In this document: piece by piece, positions 1 through 9,458 of the stretch
Position numbering within the stretch: position 1 is the stretch's first letter
Layout: each line of letters opens with the position of its first letter
Origin: Thermoplasmatota archaeon
Lineage (GTDB): Archaea > Thermoplasmatota > SW-10-69-26 > JACQPN01 > JAJPHT01
Assembly (NCBI GenBank): GCA_035526585.1
Contig: DATLCC010000087.1
Span: forward strand, 80 to 64,079
Length of the DNA stretch: 64,000 bases
Reading direction: 5' to 3'
Notes under the pieces: model-generated
Database searches by the model: none
Seen by the model: the letters and a program-made list of their open reading frames with translations, nothing else
What the model was told of the DNA's origin: nothing
Program-made: the position numbers and the translations under genes

Positions 1-1
1 C

Positions 2-895
2 CCACGCAACATCACCCACGTCGAACTCCAACTACGCCGCGACAACTACGCCTACAGCGGAAGCCGCGACCCCTGGCGCCAAACCACCGGCACCACCGAC
101 TGGCACACCCTCCTCGACACCCGCGCCTTCCCCGACGGAGACTACGACCTCGTCATCCGCGCGACCGACGACGCCCACGGCACAGGCCTCACCCACACCC
201 CCATCACCATCCAGAACGGACCCACACCCAACCAGATCACCATCCAACTCGCAGACCCCCCCACCCACATCGACACCGACACCACCCTCCGCGCCAGCGC
301 CTTCCACCCCGAAGGCGTCACCCACATCCGCTATCGCATCGACCACGACGACTGGACCACGGAGACGGAGAACCCCCTCGCCTTCACCATCGACATCCAC
401 CCCAACACCCTCACACCCGGCCCACACACCCTCGAGATCCAAGCCTACCACGGGATCACCGAAACCACCAACACCACACACACCTTCACCATCCCCGGCC
501 AAACCCCCACCCTCATCATCGACGAACCCCCCAACCAAGTCGCCCACGCCCTCATCCGCGCCACCGGCCGCATCCACCACGAAGGACGCGCCCAATACCG
601 CATCGACCAAACCCTCTGGCAAAACCTCCCCCCAGGACCCACCTGGAACCTCAGCACCGACACCCTCCCCTACCACGGCGGAAACCACACCCTCCAACTC
701 CGCGCCATCAGCCCCGACGGACGACTCACCAGCGAACCCAAGACCTACCGCATCGAGATCATCAACCCACCCTTCACCCACAGCGACCAGACCCAACCCA
801 ACGAACACGCCGACCACGACGTGCCCGCCCCGACCATACCCACACTCCTCGCCGCCCTGACCCTCCTCGCCGCCGCACGACGCAAGATGACGTGA
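2..895 (+). CDS. Cell-surface protein, C-terminal fragment (gene begins upstream of the window): Ig-like beta-sandwich repeats plus a C-terminal membrane anchor
   Basis: Frame 2 is open from the window edge to TGA 893-895. It is absent from the ORF track because no start lies in the window. The translation (..ITIQNGPTPNQITIQLADPPTHIDTDTTLRASAFHPEGVTHIRYRIDHDDW..HTLEIQAYHG..HTLQLRAISPDGRLTSEPKTYRIEI..) shows repeated beta-rich modules. It ends in PAPTIPTLLAALTLLAAARRKMT, a hydrophobic helix with a basic tail. ORF 32..1126(-) is its Gly/Val-rich antisense shadow. Confidence 0.6.
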   Translation, partial: PRNITHVELQLRRDNYAYSGSRDPWRQTTGTTDWHTLLDTRAFPDGDYDLVIRATDDAHGTGLTHTPITIQNGPTPNQITIQLADPPTHIDTDTTLRASAFHPEGVTHIRYRIDHDDWTTETENPLAFTIDIHPNTLTPGPHTLEIQAYHGITETTNTTHTFTIPGQTPTLIIDEPPNQVAHALIRATGRIHHEGRAQYRIDQTLWQNLPPGPTWNLSTDTLPYHGGNHTLQLRAISPDGRLTSEPKTYRIEIINPPFTHSDQTQPNEHADHDVPAPTIPTLLAALTLLAAARRKMT

Positions 896-1134
896 AGCCC
901 CGAAAGGATTGATATCCCCCAGACGCCTCGCCACACCGGTTCGGCCGGCAGTCGCGACGCTGGCACCCGACGCCGCGCGCATGAAGCGCGGCGCACACGC
1001 TGACGGGCCAGCGTCAGCTCCGGCGGCCGGACCGGTGGTGGTGGCGGGGGAGGGGCCCGCAGTTCGGTCAGCCCAGCGCGAGCTTTCGGCGCCCCCTCCG
1101 CAAGCGCTAACGGCGCATCCCGTCATCGTCGGCC

Positions 1135-3429
1135 GTGGACGCTCGTCTTGCGTCGTGGTTGGCGCGTGCGCATGGGGCGCCTACGGAGGCGCAGGCGCGG
1201 ACGGCGGGGCCCTTGGCCGCGGGGCGGCATCTTCTGCTTTCGAGTCCGACGGGGTCGGGGAAGACGTTGGCGGCGTTCTTGCCGATCTTGTCGGCGCTTG
1301 CGGCGGAGCCGCTGGAGGAGCGGACGTATTGCGTGTATGTGTCGCCGTTGAAGGCGCTCGTGAATGACATGGCGCGGAACCTGGCGGGGCCGATCGAGGG
1401 GGCGCAGCTCCCGATCCGGGTGGCGGTGCGGACGGGGGATACGTCGGCGTATCGGCGGTCGCGGCAGCTCCGGCAGCCGCCGCACATCCTGATCACGACG
1501 CCGGAGTCGTTGGCGCTCCTTCTCACGAGCCCGAAGGCGCGGGGGGCGCTCCTTGGCGTGCGTTTCGTCGTGGTGGATGAGATCCACAGCATCGCCGAGT
1601 CGAAGCGGGGGACGCAGCTCGCGTTGACGTTGGAGCGTCTCGCTGCGTATGCGGGGGAGTTCCAGCGCGTGGGTCTTTCGGCGACGGTGCGTCCGTTGGC
1701 CGAGGTGGCGGCGTTCCTCGGCGGGGATCGTCCCGTGTTGATCGTGGAGGTGCAGCCCCGGGGCGCGCCGGAGCTGGACGTCGTCATGCCGGCGGCGGAT
1801 CCGTTGCTGTATCCGAAGGCGGCGTTGGAGACGAGCGTGCTCGGTCTCGTGGAGCGGGAGATGGCGCGCAGCCGCACGCTCCTTGTGTTCACGAACACGC
1901 GTGCTTCGGCGGAGGGGCTCGCGCGCCAGCTGAAGGCGCGTCATTCGCGCGAGGATGCGCCGCCGGAGGAGATCGAGCTGGTCCTGCCGCATCATGGGAG
2001 CCTCAGCCGCGAGACGAGGCATGATGTCGAGGCGCGCCTCAAGACGGGGCGCGTGCGCTGCGTCGTGGCGTCCAGCAGCCTGGAGCTTGGGATCCACGTG
2101 GACACGGTGGATCGCGTGCTTCTCCTGGACAATCCGAAGGGGTCCGCGCGCACGCTGCAGCGCATCGGGCGCAGCGGGCACGTGCCGGGGGCGACGGCCC
2201 GCGCGACGCTCGTGGTCGAGGATCCCTGCGAGCTCCCCGAGGCGCATGCGTTGGCGCGTCTCGCGCGCGAACGGCGCGTCGAGGACGTGCGCATCCCGTA
2301 CGGGCCGTTGGACGTCCTCATGCAGCATCTCGTGGCGTCGCGCTTCGAGCTGCCCCTCGGCCCGGATGCGCTCTTTGCGTTGACGCGCCGGGCGCACAGC
2401 TACAGGTCGCTTTCGCGGCCCGAGTTCGATGCGGTGTATGGCGACCTTCCGCGGATGCCGCGGTTCGTCTACATGCAGAACGCGGGCACGATCCCCGAGA
2501 CGAGCCTCCTCAAGGTCTTCCACAAAGACACGTACGTGGGCGAGATCGAGGAGGACTTCGCCTCCCGTCTGGAGGAGGACAGCCTTTTTCTCCTGGCGGG
2601 TCGCGCGTGGCGTTACGTGAGCGCCGGGTTGGCCCGCATCCATGTGGTGCCGGCGCGGGGCGACCCTTCCGTCCCGATCTGGCGGGGAGAAGGCCTCGGC
2701 GCGACCACACTCCTCGCCGAGGAGCGATGTTCCGTACTCCGTCACGCAAAAGACGATTATCCGTGGATGGAGTTGCAGGAACGCTGGGCAGGGCACCCAT
2801 GCGAAGGGGCGCTCGTCGAAAGCTTCCCTGCCGGCACGTGGGGGCGCGCGGTCGTCTTCCATGCGCACCTCGGCCGTCGCGCGAACAGCGCCCTCGCCTG
2901 CGCGCTCGCGCTCCGCGCCGAGAGCGACTTCACCGCCACGGATTGGGGGTTCGCGCTCCTGCGCGAGCGCGGCTGGAAGCCGTCGCGCACCGCGCTGCGC
3001 GCGCTCTTCGCCGACCCTCTCGAGCCTTCCGTCCGGAAGGCGATCCAGGAGAGCGATCTCCTGCGGCGTCGCTTCCGCCACGTCGCGATGCGCGCGCTCG
3101 TCGTCCGCCGGCGACAGGGTGAGGGGCTCGGTCGTCGCCAGAAGTGGGCGGATCGCCTGCTTCGCGACCTTCCCGCGGAGCATCCGCTCGTGCGCGAAGC
3201 ATACGCGGAATGCCTGCGCGACGCGATGGACGTCGACGCCGCCGATGCGTGGCGTGCTTCCGTCGCGGATGGCCGTCTTACCATGAAGCTCGTCGATTCG
3301 CGACCGTGCGGCTCGCCGCTCGCGGCGCGCATCCTCGCGGCCCCGGGCGCGTGGCGCCACGACGACCTGCGCGAGCACGCGGACGCGATCGACATGTACG
3401 GCGCGATCAGCGCGCGATCACGACGATGA
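1135..3429 (+). CDS. lhr: Lhr-family ATP-dependent DEAD/DEAH-box helicase
   Basis: 764-aa ORF with a GTG start. Motif I is SSPTGSGKTLAAFLP, motif II is VVVDEIHS, and an SAT-like LSATV is present. A helicase C domain (HHGSLSRETR..VVASSSLELGIH) and an Lhr-type C-terminal extension follow. Confidence 0.85.
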   Translation: MDARLASWLARAHGAPTEAQARTAGPLAAGRHLLLSSPTGSGKTLAAFLPILSALAAEPLEERTYCVYVSPLKALVNDMARNLAGPIEGAQLPIRVAVRTGDTSAYRRSRQLRQPPHILITTPESLALLLTSPKARGALLGVRFVVVDEIHSIAESKRGTQLALTLERLAAYAGEFQRVGLSATVRPLAEVAAFLGGDRPVLIVEVQPRGAPELDVVMPAADPLLYPKAALETSVLGLVEREMARSRTLLVFTNTRASAEGLARQLKARHSREDAPPEEIELVLPHHGSLSRETRHDVEARLKTGRVRCVVASSSLELGIHVDTVDRVLLLDNPKGSARTLQRIGRSGHVPGATARATLVVEDPCELPEAHALARLARERRVEDVRIPYGPLDVLMQHLVASRFELPLGPDALFALTRRAHSYRSLSRPEFDAVYGDLPRMPRFVYMQNAGTIPETSLLKVFHKDTYVGEIEEDFASRLEEDSLFLLAGRAWRYVSAGLARIHVVPARGDPSVPIWRGEGLGATTLLAEERCSVLRHAKDDYPWMELQERWAGHPCEGALVESFPAGTWGRAVVFHAHLGRRANSALACALALRAESDFTATDWGFALLRERGWKPSRTALRALFADPLEPSVRKAIQESDLLRRRFRHVAMRALVVRRRQGEGLGRRQKWADRLLRDLPAEHPLVREAYAECLRDAMDVDAADAWRASVADGRLTMKLVDSRPCGSPLAARILAAPGAWRHDDLREHADAIDMYGAISARSRR

Positions 3430-4450
3430 GCTCGCCGTCGTGCTTGATGACCTGCACGGTCGGCCCGACGCTCGCGAGCGCCGTGGGACGCAGCACGCTC
3501 ACGGTCTCGTAGCTCCACGGGTCCAGGAGCTGCAGCTCCTTCTCGTCCGAGCTCACGACGACCGCCTCGCGCGCGTTCGCGGGCGAGAGCACCTGCGCGC
3601 GCTCGACCTCGGCGCGCTCGACGTGGCGCAGGCGGCCGCCGTGGAGCTCGAGGAGCTGCACCGTCTTCTGGCCGATGCTGGACACGGTGAAGATCTCGTC
3701 GTCCAGGACGATGATATCGTTCGCGCGGTACTCGGGGAGCTTCACCGCGAACGTCAGACGGATGAGATCGAGGCCGTCCTTCTGGCCGACGGTCTTGGGA
3801 TGCTCGGAGGTCTTGCCGCCGAACTCGTTCGCGATCTGCTTCGCGAGCATGCGACCGCCGTTCGTCGTGCCCATGTAGATGTCGAGGCCTCGATCCACCT
3901 CTTCGTCCTTGAGCACGAACGCCTGGCGATCGCCTCCCTCGACGACGCGCTCGATGAAGCGGCTCGCGAGCGCCTTGATCGCGCGCATCTCGTCGCGGGG
4001 CATGTCACGGCGCGTCGCCCGCACCTGCACGATCGCCTCGTAGTAGCCGCCCTGCACGCGGCTGCACCGGACGCACGTCGCGTTCTTGATGCGGCTGCGC
4101 GTCTTGAGCTCGCTCTCGAAGGGGACGCCTTCGGCGACTCCTCCCGCGCGCACGTTCACGGTGAAGTTGCGCTCGTCCTCGGCCACGATGTCCATCTTGA
4201 GGCGCGCCTTCTCGACCGGCTTTGCGAACTCGATCGCCTCGCGGACCGCATCCTCGACGATGGGCTCCATCGCGCCATGCCCTTCGAGCCACAGCTCGCC
4301 GCGCTTGCGCGAATGGCAGTGCACGCACACCTCGACGTCGACGTGGTCGCGCACCTTCGCGAGCACGTTCTTTTCGAGGTAGCAGGAGGAGCACTCGCCT
4401 CTTCGAAGCTCGTCGAAGGGCGTCTCCTTCCCGCAGACGACGCAGAACAC
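3407..4450 (-). CDS. NMD3-family protein (archaeal homologue of the pre-60S export adaptor)
   Basis: 347 aa. The N-terminal Cys clusters CVVCG..CSSCY, CVHCH and CVRCS match the layout of the NMD3 domain. Confidence 0.8.
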   Translation of the reverse strand: MFCVVCGKETPFDELRRGECSSCYLEKNVLAKVRDHVDVEVCVHCHSRKRGELWLEGHGAMEPIVEDAVREAIEFAKPVEKARLKMDIVAEDERNFTVNVRAGGVAEGVPFESELKTRSRIKNATCVRCSRVQGGYYEAIVQVRATRRDMPRDEMRAIKALASRFIERVVEGGDRQAFVLKDEEVDRGLDIYMGTTNGGRMLAKQIANEFGGKTSEHPKTVGQKDGLDLIRLTFAVKLPEYRANDIIVLDDEIFTVSSIGQKTVQLLELHGGRLRHVERAEVERAQVLSPANAREAVVVSSDEKELQLLDPWSYETVSVLRPTALASVGPTVQVIKHDGELIVVIAR

Positions 4451-4497
4451 GAAAACGCTGACCCCTGCCCCCCTGATAAGCGTTCGCCGGGGCGAGC

Positions 4498-4782
4498 TCA
4501 GGCCGTGACCATCTGGGCGTGCGGGACGCCTTGGATGTCGAGCACGTTGTCGGGGTGGACGAAGCCGTGCTGGATCGCGAGGGTCACGACGTCGACGCCG
4601 ACAAGGTTGGCGATCGTGCAGACCGCAAGCTGGCGCACCACCTCCTGCGCGTCGGCGCCGTCCGTCCCGTAGAAATCCGGAAGGACGTGCAAGCGCATGT
4701 TCCCCTCGCGGAAGAGCTTGCCCACGAGGCCCGCGTCGCTCACCGCCACGAGCACTTCACGCCCCTGACGGTGGATGCGCAT
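4498..4782 (-). CDS. DUF424-family protein
   Basis: The ORF track gives 4498..4878. I prefer the internal ATG at 4782, giving MRIHRQGREVLVAVSDAGLVGKLFREGNMRLHV.., which matches the usual DUF424 N-terminus. It is co-directional with NMD3, 47 nt downstream. Confidence 0.6.
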   Translation of the reverse strand: MRIHRQGREVLVAVSDAGLVGKLFREGNMRLHVLPDFYGTDGADAQEVVRQLAVCTIANLVGVDVVTLAIQHGFVHPDNVLDIQGVPHAQMVTA

Positions 4783-5024
4783 GCGGAACGGATGCGGGTC
4801 CACGCGGAGGATACGTCGCGCATTCCATGAAAAGGTGCCGGGCAACCGCAGATTCAAGCCGATGACGCGCCAACGCACCTCGAGGCGCGGGCCGCGTCAT
4901 GCGAGCCCGCCATCGCCGTCCCGCGGGTGCCTCCCCATTGTACAGCCTCCCAAGCCCGCGGGACGGGCCTCTTTGTCTCCTTCGCACCGCGTGACACGCC
5001 GCTCCGGCGTGTCCGTTCAAGGGT

Positions 5025-5756
5025 CTATTGCTGCTGCAAGACTTCCACGAGCCGGTCGCAGATCCATCGGTTCGCCGCGCGGCCCAGGGCGGCGCTTGCG
5101 AGGCTGGGGTCGCCCATGACGCCGCTCGGGAAACGCCGCTCGGGGTGTGCCTCCACGAGGAACTCGGGGAACTCCACCTTGTGCGCCGCGGACGTCCCCT
5201 GCACGAGCTCCGGGCGCAGCGCCATCATGCGGCTCGTCTCGATCGCGCCTGCGTGCCCATCCCATCGCGGCACGTCAACGCCGGCCGCGGCCTTCGCGTC
5301 GAAGCCTGGCAACAGTTCGTAGTCGCTGAGGACGAAGACGCGCATGTGCGGATGGCGCTCGACGACCTCCTCCGCCGCGAGCTTCAGCGCGCGCATGTGG
5401 GCGCCGCCTGCGTGGCCGGAGACGAATGCCACCGTTCGGATATCATGGCGCTGGCAGTCCAGCAGGATCTCCTTCGCGAGCGCGCGCACCGTGTCGAACG
5501 AGAGCGAGAAGGAGCCTGGGAAGTTCTTCGTGGAGCTGCAGTTGCCGTAGTTCAACGGAGGCGCGACGAGGCATCCGAGGCGTTCCGCAACCTCGTCGCA
5601 GGTCGCGACGGCCTGGATCGTGTCCGTGTCGAGGGGAAGGTGGGGCCCGTGCTCCTCCACGATGCCCACGGGGACAAGGAGCGGGGGCTTCGGGTCGAGC
5701 GCGGCGAACCCGGGGCTCGTGAGCTCTCCGAGGCGGAGGGGCATGGCGGGGCGCAC
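5025..5756 (-). CDS. Creatininase-family amidohydrolase
   Basis: 243 aa. It has the creatininase-fold metal-ligand pattern ([13 protein letters not shown] .. SGHAGG .. GHAGAIETS). Confidence 0.75.
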   Translation of the reverse strand: MRPAMPLRLGELTSPGFAALDPKPPLLVPVGIVEEHGPHLPLDTDTIQAVATCDEVAERLGCLVAPPLNYGNCSSTKNFPGSFSLSFDTVRALAKEILLDCQRHDIRTVAFVSGHAGGAHMRALKLAAEEVVERHPHMRVFVLSDYELLPGFDAKAAAGVDVPRWDGHAGAIETSRMMALRPELVQGTSAAHKVEFPEFLVEAHPERRFPSGVMGDPSLASAALGRAANRWICDRLVEVLQQQ

Positions 5757-5767
5757 CCCTCCGAAAC

Positions 5768-5774
5768 GATAAGA
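5768..5774 (+). promoter_or_regulatory. TATA-like box (GATAAGA) about 30 nt upstream of the purE ATG
   Basis: It is the only AT-rich heptamer in the 44-bp divergent intergenic region. The spacing fits a leaderless transcript. Confidence 0.35.
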
Positions 5775-5800
5775 ACCCTGACCCGGTTCGCCGCGCCGGC

Positions 5801-6286
5801 ATGGCCGACCGTCCCCGCGTGGGCATCATCATGGGGAGCAAGAGCGACTGGGCGACCATGCGCGGGGCGAGCGAGCTCCTCGCGGAGCTGGGCGTCGCGC
5901 ACGAGACCCGCGTCGTCTCCGCGCACCGCACGCCCGACCTTCTCTTCGAGTACGCCTCGACGGCCGAGTCGCGAGGCATCCAGGTCATCATCGCCGGGGC
6001 CGGCGGCGCGGCGCACCTTCCCGGCATGGCCGCCGCGAAGACGACTCTCCCCGTGCTCGGCGTCCCCGTGCAGTCGAAGGCCCTGAACGGCATGGACTCG
6101 CTCCTCTCCATCGTGCAGATGCCGCGTGGCGTCCCGGTCGGCACGCTGGCCATCGGCGAGGCCGGCGCCGTGAACGCTGCGCTCCTTGCGTGCTCGATCC
6201 TTGCCCTCCACGACCCGGCCCTCGCGGACGCGCTCAAGAAGCGCCGCGAGGCCGAGGCGCAGCGCGTCGTCGGGGAGTCGCTGTGA
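5801..6286 (+). CDS. purE: N5-carboxyaminoimidazole ribonucleotide mutase
   Basis: 161 aa with [10 protein letters not shown] and [14 protein letters not shown] motifs. Confidence 0.95.
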   Translation: MADRPRVGIIMGSKSDWATMRGASELLAELGVAHETRVVSAHRTPDLLFEYASTAESRGIQVIIAGAGGAAHLPGMAAAKTTLPVLGVPVQSKALNGMDSLLSIVQMPRGVPVGTLAIGEAGAVNAALLACSILALHDPALADALKKRREAEAQRVVGESL

Positions 6287-7425
6287 CCCTCGCGCCCGGC
6301 GCGACCATCGGCATCCTGGGCGGCGGCCAGCTCGGGCGCATGATCGGCCTCGAGGCGAAGAAGATGGGCTACCGCATCGCGGTCCTGGACCCCGACCCCG
6401 ACGGCCCCGCCGCGCAGGTCGCCGACGCGTTCGTGAAGGGCGCGTGGACCGATGCACCCAAGATGGTCGAGCTCGCGCGCGCCTCCGACGTCGTCACCGT
6501 CGAGACGGAGCACCTGCCGTGGGAAGGCCTCGCGGAGGTCGAGAAGCTCGGCGTTCCGCTGCGCCCCGGCTCCGCCGTCCTGCGTGTCGTGCAGGACCGC
6601 GCGCGCCAGAAGGAGTTCCTCGCGCGCCACGGCTTCCCGCAGCCCGGCTTCGCGCTCGTCCACGACGCCGCCTCGCTCGCTCGCGCGGTCGCCGCCGTCG
6701 GCGCGCCCGCGGTCCTCAAGTCGCTCCTTGGCGGCTACGACGGCAAGGGCCAGTCGCGCGCGCGCACCGCCGCCGATGCCGAGGACGCCTGGGCGCGCAT
6801 AGGCCGCGCGGCGTGCATCTACGAGGCGTTCGTCCCGTTCGAGCGCGAGGTGAGCGTCGTCCTCGCGCGCGGCATCGATGGCGCCGTTGCGTACTACCCC
6901 CTCGCCGAGAACGTGCACGTGGACGGCATCCTGCACACGACGCTCGCGCCCGCGCGCGTGCCGCCCGCCGTCGAGGCGCGCGCGCAGGCGATCGCGCGCG
7001 GGATCGCCGACGCGTTGGGCCACGTCGGCGTGATGGCCGTGGAGATGTTCCTGCTCCCCGACGGCTCGCTCCAGGTGAACGAGATCGCGCCGCGCGTGCA
7101 CAACTCCGGCCACTTCACGCTGGGCGCGTGCGCCACGAGCCAGTTCGAGCAGCACGCGCGCGCCGTCTGCGGCCTTCCGCTTGGCGACCCGTCGCTCTTG
7201 CGCCCCGCGTGCATGCTGAACGTGCTGGGCGACGCGTGGATGCCCCACGAGCCCGACTGGGCCGACGTGCTCTCGATCCCCGGCGCGCGCCTTCACCTCT
7301 ACGGCAAGCGCGAGGCGCGCCGAGGACGCAAGATGGGGCATGTCACCATCCTCCACGAGCGCGCGGAGGAGGCGCTTCGCCTCGCGCACGACGCGCATGC
7401 GCGCATCGGCGGAGGCGCGCTGTGA
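6283..7425 (+). CDS. purK: N5-carboxyaminoimidazole ribonucleotide synthase (ATP-grasp)
   Basis: GTG 6283 overlaps the purE stop (GTGA). The N-terminus is [19 protein letters not shown], followed by an ATP-grasp body. The longer ORF-track start at 6190 would overlap purE by about 100 nt. Confidence 0.9.
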   Translation: MTLAPGATIGILGGGQLGRMIGLEAKKMGYRIAVLDPDPDGPAAQVADAFVKGAWTDAPKMVELARASDVVTVETEHLPWEGLAEVEKLGVPLRPGSAVLRVVQDRARQKEFLARHGFPQPGFALVHDAASLARAVAAVGAPAVLKSLLGGYDGKGQSRARTAADAEDAWARIGRAACIYEAFVPFEREVSVVLARGIDGAVAYYPLAENVHVDGILHTTLAPARVPPAVEARAQAIARGIADALGHVGVMAVEMFLLPDGSLQVNEIAPRVHNSGHFTLGACATSQFEQHARAVCGLPLGDPSLLRPACMLNVLGDAWMPHEPDWADVLSIPGARLHLYGKREARRGRKMGHVTILHERAEEALRLAHDAHARIGGGAL

Positions 7426-8264
7426 GCGAGATCGACCCGCGCCGCCTGCAGCGGCATGTGCGCGAGACCCTGCGCGCGCAATCGCAGCCGACGCGCGTCG
7501 GCCCGTTCACGTGCTTCTTCCATCCCGATGCGCCGTATGCGGAGCTCAACGTCGCCGTCCCGGACGATCCCGTCGAGGGGCGCCGCGTGCCCGTGCTCGG
7601 GCAGGAGGCCGCGGGCGTCGCGGCCGTGCCGGACGACGATCCCGAGTACGCCCTCATGATGGTCGAGGCGCAGTTCCGCGCGCGCAAGCGCGTCCCGCGC
7701 GTCGAGCTCGTGGCCGAATGCCACCCCTCCTGGCCGTCCATCCTCGAGAAGGCCGGGTTCCGCCAGGCGGCGAGCGTGCCGCTCCTCGTGAGCACGGAGG
7801 CGAGCTGGAGATCCGCGCCCGAGGTGCCCGGCATGCTCTTCGAGGCGGTCCTCCCGACGACGGCGTGGGGCACCGTGAAACGATATCTCGAGGTGCAGCG
7901 CGACGCCTTCGGCCTCGCGATGTCCATCCCGGACGAGGCGCCACACGATCCGTGGTCCGCGCTTGGCATCGGCGCGGGCGTCCTTGCGAGCATCGAGGGC
8001 GTCGCGGTGGGCGCGGGCGGCTTCACCGCGCCGCGCGAGGGGCTTTGCGAGATCCGCGGCCTCGCCGTCTCGCCGGACGCGCGACGCCGGGGCATCGGCA
8101 CCTTCCTCCTCTCCGCCCTCGCGCGCGTCGCGCACGATGGTGGCATCGAAGGGGTCGTCGCGACGCCCGACGGCCCGAGGACCGCGCGCATGGCGAAGCG
8201 CGCAGGCTACGTCCCTTCGGCGACGCTTCTCGCGTTCACAGCGGAAGACGCTGCTGCGCCGTGA
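7422..8264 (+). CDS. GNAT-family N-acetyltransferase
   Basis: This is the C-terminal part of track ORF 6186..8264. GTG 7422 overlaps the purK stop (GTGA). The acetyl-CoA motif is IRGLAVSPDARRRGIGTFLL. Confidence 0.7.
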   Translation: MSEIDPRRLQRHVRETLRAQSQPTRVGPFTCFFHPDAPYAELNVAVPDDPVEGRRVPVLGQEAAGVAAVPDDDPEYALMMVEAQFRARKRVPRVELVAECHPSWPSILEKAGFRQAASVPLLVSTEASWRSAPEVPGMLFEAVLPTTAWGTVKRYLEVQRDAFGLAMSIPDEAPHDPWSALGIGAGVLASIEGVAVGAGGFTAPREGLCEIRGLAVSPDARRRGIGTFLLSALARVAHDGGIEGVVATPDGPRTARMAKRAGYVPSATLLAFTAEDAAAP

Positions 8265-9117
8265 GCTTGGGCCGCGGCGCGGGCGCGGGGGCGCCGACGA
8301 GCTCGGCGAGGTCGATCGCGTTGGCGACGGCCTGCGCGCGCGGCGCGTTGTTGAAGTAGCATCGCACTTCGCGTCCCGCCCGCTGATGCTCGCGCACTCG
8401 CTCCGCGACGGGGGCGAGCTCCTCCCGGCGATACAGGTAGTCGTAGCGCGCGCCGTCGCGCAGCGCGCCCTCCTGCGCCCACGCGTCCGCGGCGCGCCCG
8501 TGGAAGCGCAGGTACGCGTGGCGCGCGCCAAGCGGGGCGCGCACGTCGGGCGCGCCGGGGACGTCGGCTTCCACGAGGCACACGTCGCCGGTCGTGAACA
8601 GCTTGTCGAGCATCGGGACGACGCAGCCGTTCTCTACCCAGGACGTGTGGCGCAGCTCGAGGGCGACGCGGCGCTCGGCGAGGGGCGTCAGGGCGTCGAG
8701 GAGCGCGGCCGCGTTCTCGGCCGAGGCGAGGAAGGTGGGCGGCAGCTGCACGAGGACGGCGCCCAGCAGCCCTTCGCCCGCGAGCGGGTCGAGGACTTCG
8801 CGATCGAAGCGCCCGACCCATTCCCGGGCGGCGTCGACGTCGCCCGTGGGGAGCGCTTCGTGCGTGATGGTGCGCGGGAGCTTCAGGCTGTACTCGAAGG
8901 GCGCGCGCTGCTGCAGGGCGACGCCGTCCCGCGACCAGTCGGCGACGAGCGCCTCGTCCGGGAAGCGGTCGAAGGAGGAGCTGAGCTCGACGCTGCGGAA
9001 GCGGGTCGCGTAATGGGCGAGCCACGCCTCGGGGCGGGCGCGCAGGTGGACCGGGTAGAACGGGCCGACCCAGTCGGGGTGGCTCCATCCTGTCGTGCCG
9101 ACGAGCGCCCGCGCCAT
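8236..9117 (-). CDS. DUF72-family protein
   Basis: The internal ATG at 9117 gives MARALVGTTGWSHPDWVGPFYP, the canonical DUF72 N-terminus. The upstream part of the track ORF is Arg/Gly-rich junk. Confidence 0.8.
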   Translation of the reverse strand: MARALVGTTGWSHPDWVGPFYPVHLRARPEAWLAHYATRFRSVELSSSFDRFPDEALVADWSRDGVALQQRAPFEYSLKLPRTITHEALPTGDVDAAREWVGRFDREVLDPLAGEGLLGAVLVQLPPTFLASAENAAALLDALTPLAERRVALELRHTSWVENGCVVPMLDKLFTTGDVCLVEADVPGAPDVRAPLGARHAYLRFHGRAADAWAQEGALRDGARYDYLYRREELAPVAERVREHQRAGREVRCYFNNAPRAQAVANAIDLAELVGAPAPAPRPKLTAQQRLPL

Positions 9118-9458
9118 GATGATACGACGAGGCAGGCGAGCCCACAAGATAAGGCTGGAGGCGCAGGTGCCCGGATGCCGGGCGCACCCCCTGTTCGGGT
9201 GGAGCGGGTGGAGCCGGGTCCCTCCTGGGGCCGCGGGCGGGTCGGACCCGACCCCCATGGTTTCGTGTCCGCCGGCGGGCGGGGCAGTGTTTCCACCGGC
9301 TCCACTTTCGGAGCCCCTCCTCGAATCTCTTTGCCCTGCGGGCGGATGGATGGGTTCCCGATGGTTCCGATGCAGGCCGCACCTGAACGCGCAGCGTTTC
9401 CGCTGGCATTCATGTGCTCGGCGTGCATTCGGCTCCTTCCCGCGACGCCCTGATCCCC

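Noticed and set aside
32-1126. 364-aa Gly/Val/Asp-rich ORF on the minus strand
   Set aside because: It is the antisense shadow of the plus-strand Thr/His/Pro-rich surface-protein frame. That frame has a coherent domain structure, a C-terminal anchor and a proper stop at 893-895.
9288-9406. Two ORB-like motifs upstream of mcm (reverse complement CCGGTGGAAAC and CCAGCGGAAAC, versus the mini-ORB core CCAGTGGAAAC) as a possible replication origin in the 340-bp DUF72-mcm spacer
   Set aside because: Each has a mismatch in the dyad. Both are in the same orientation. There is no G-string, no AT-rich unwinding element between them, and no orc1/cdc6 gene adjacent. It is worth a genome-wide ORB search, but the evidence here is insufficient.
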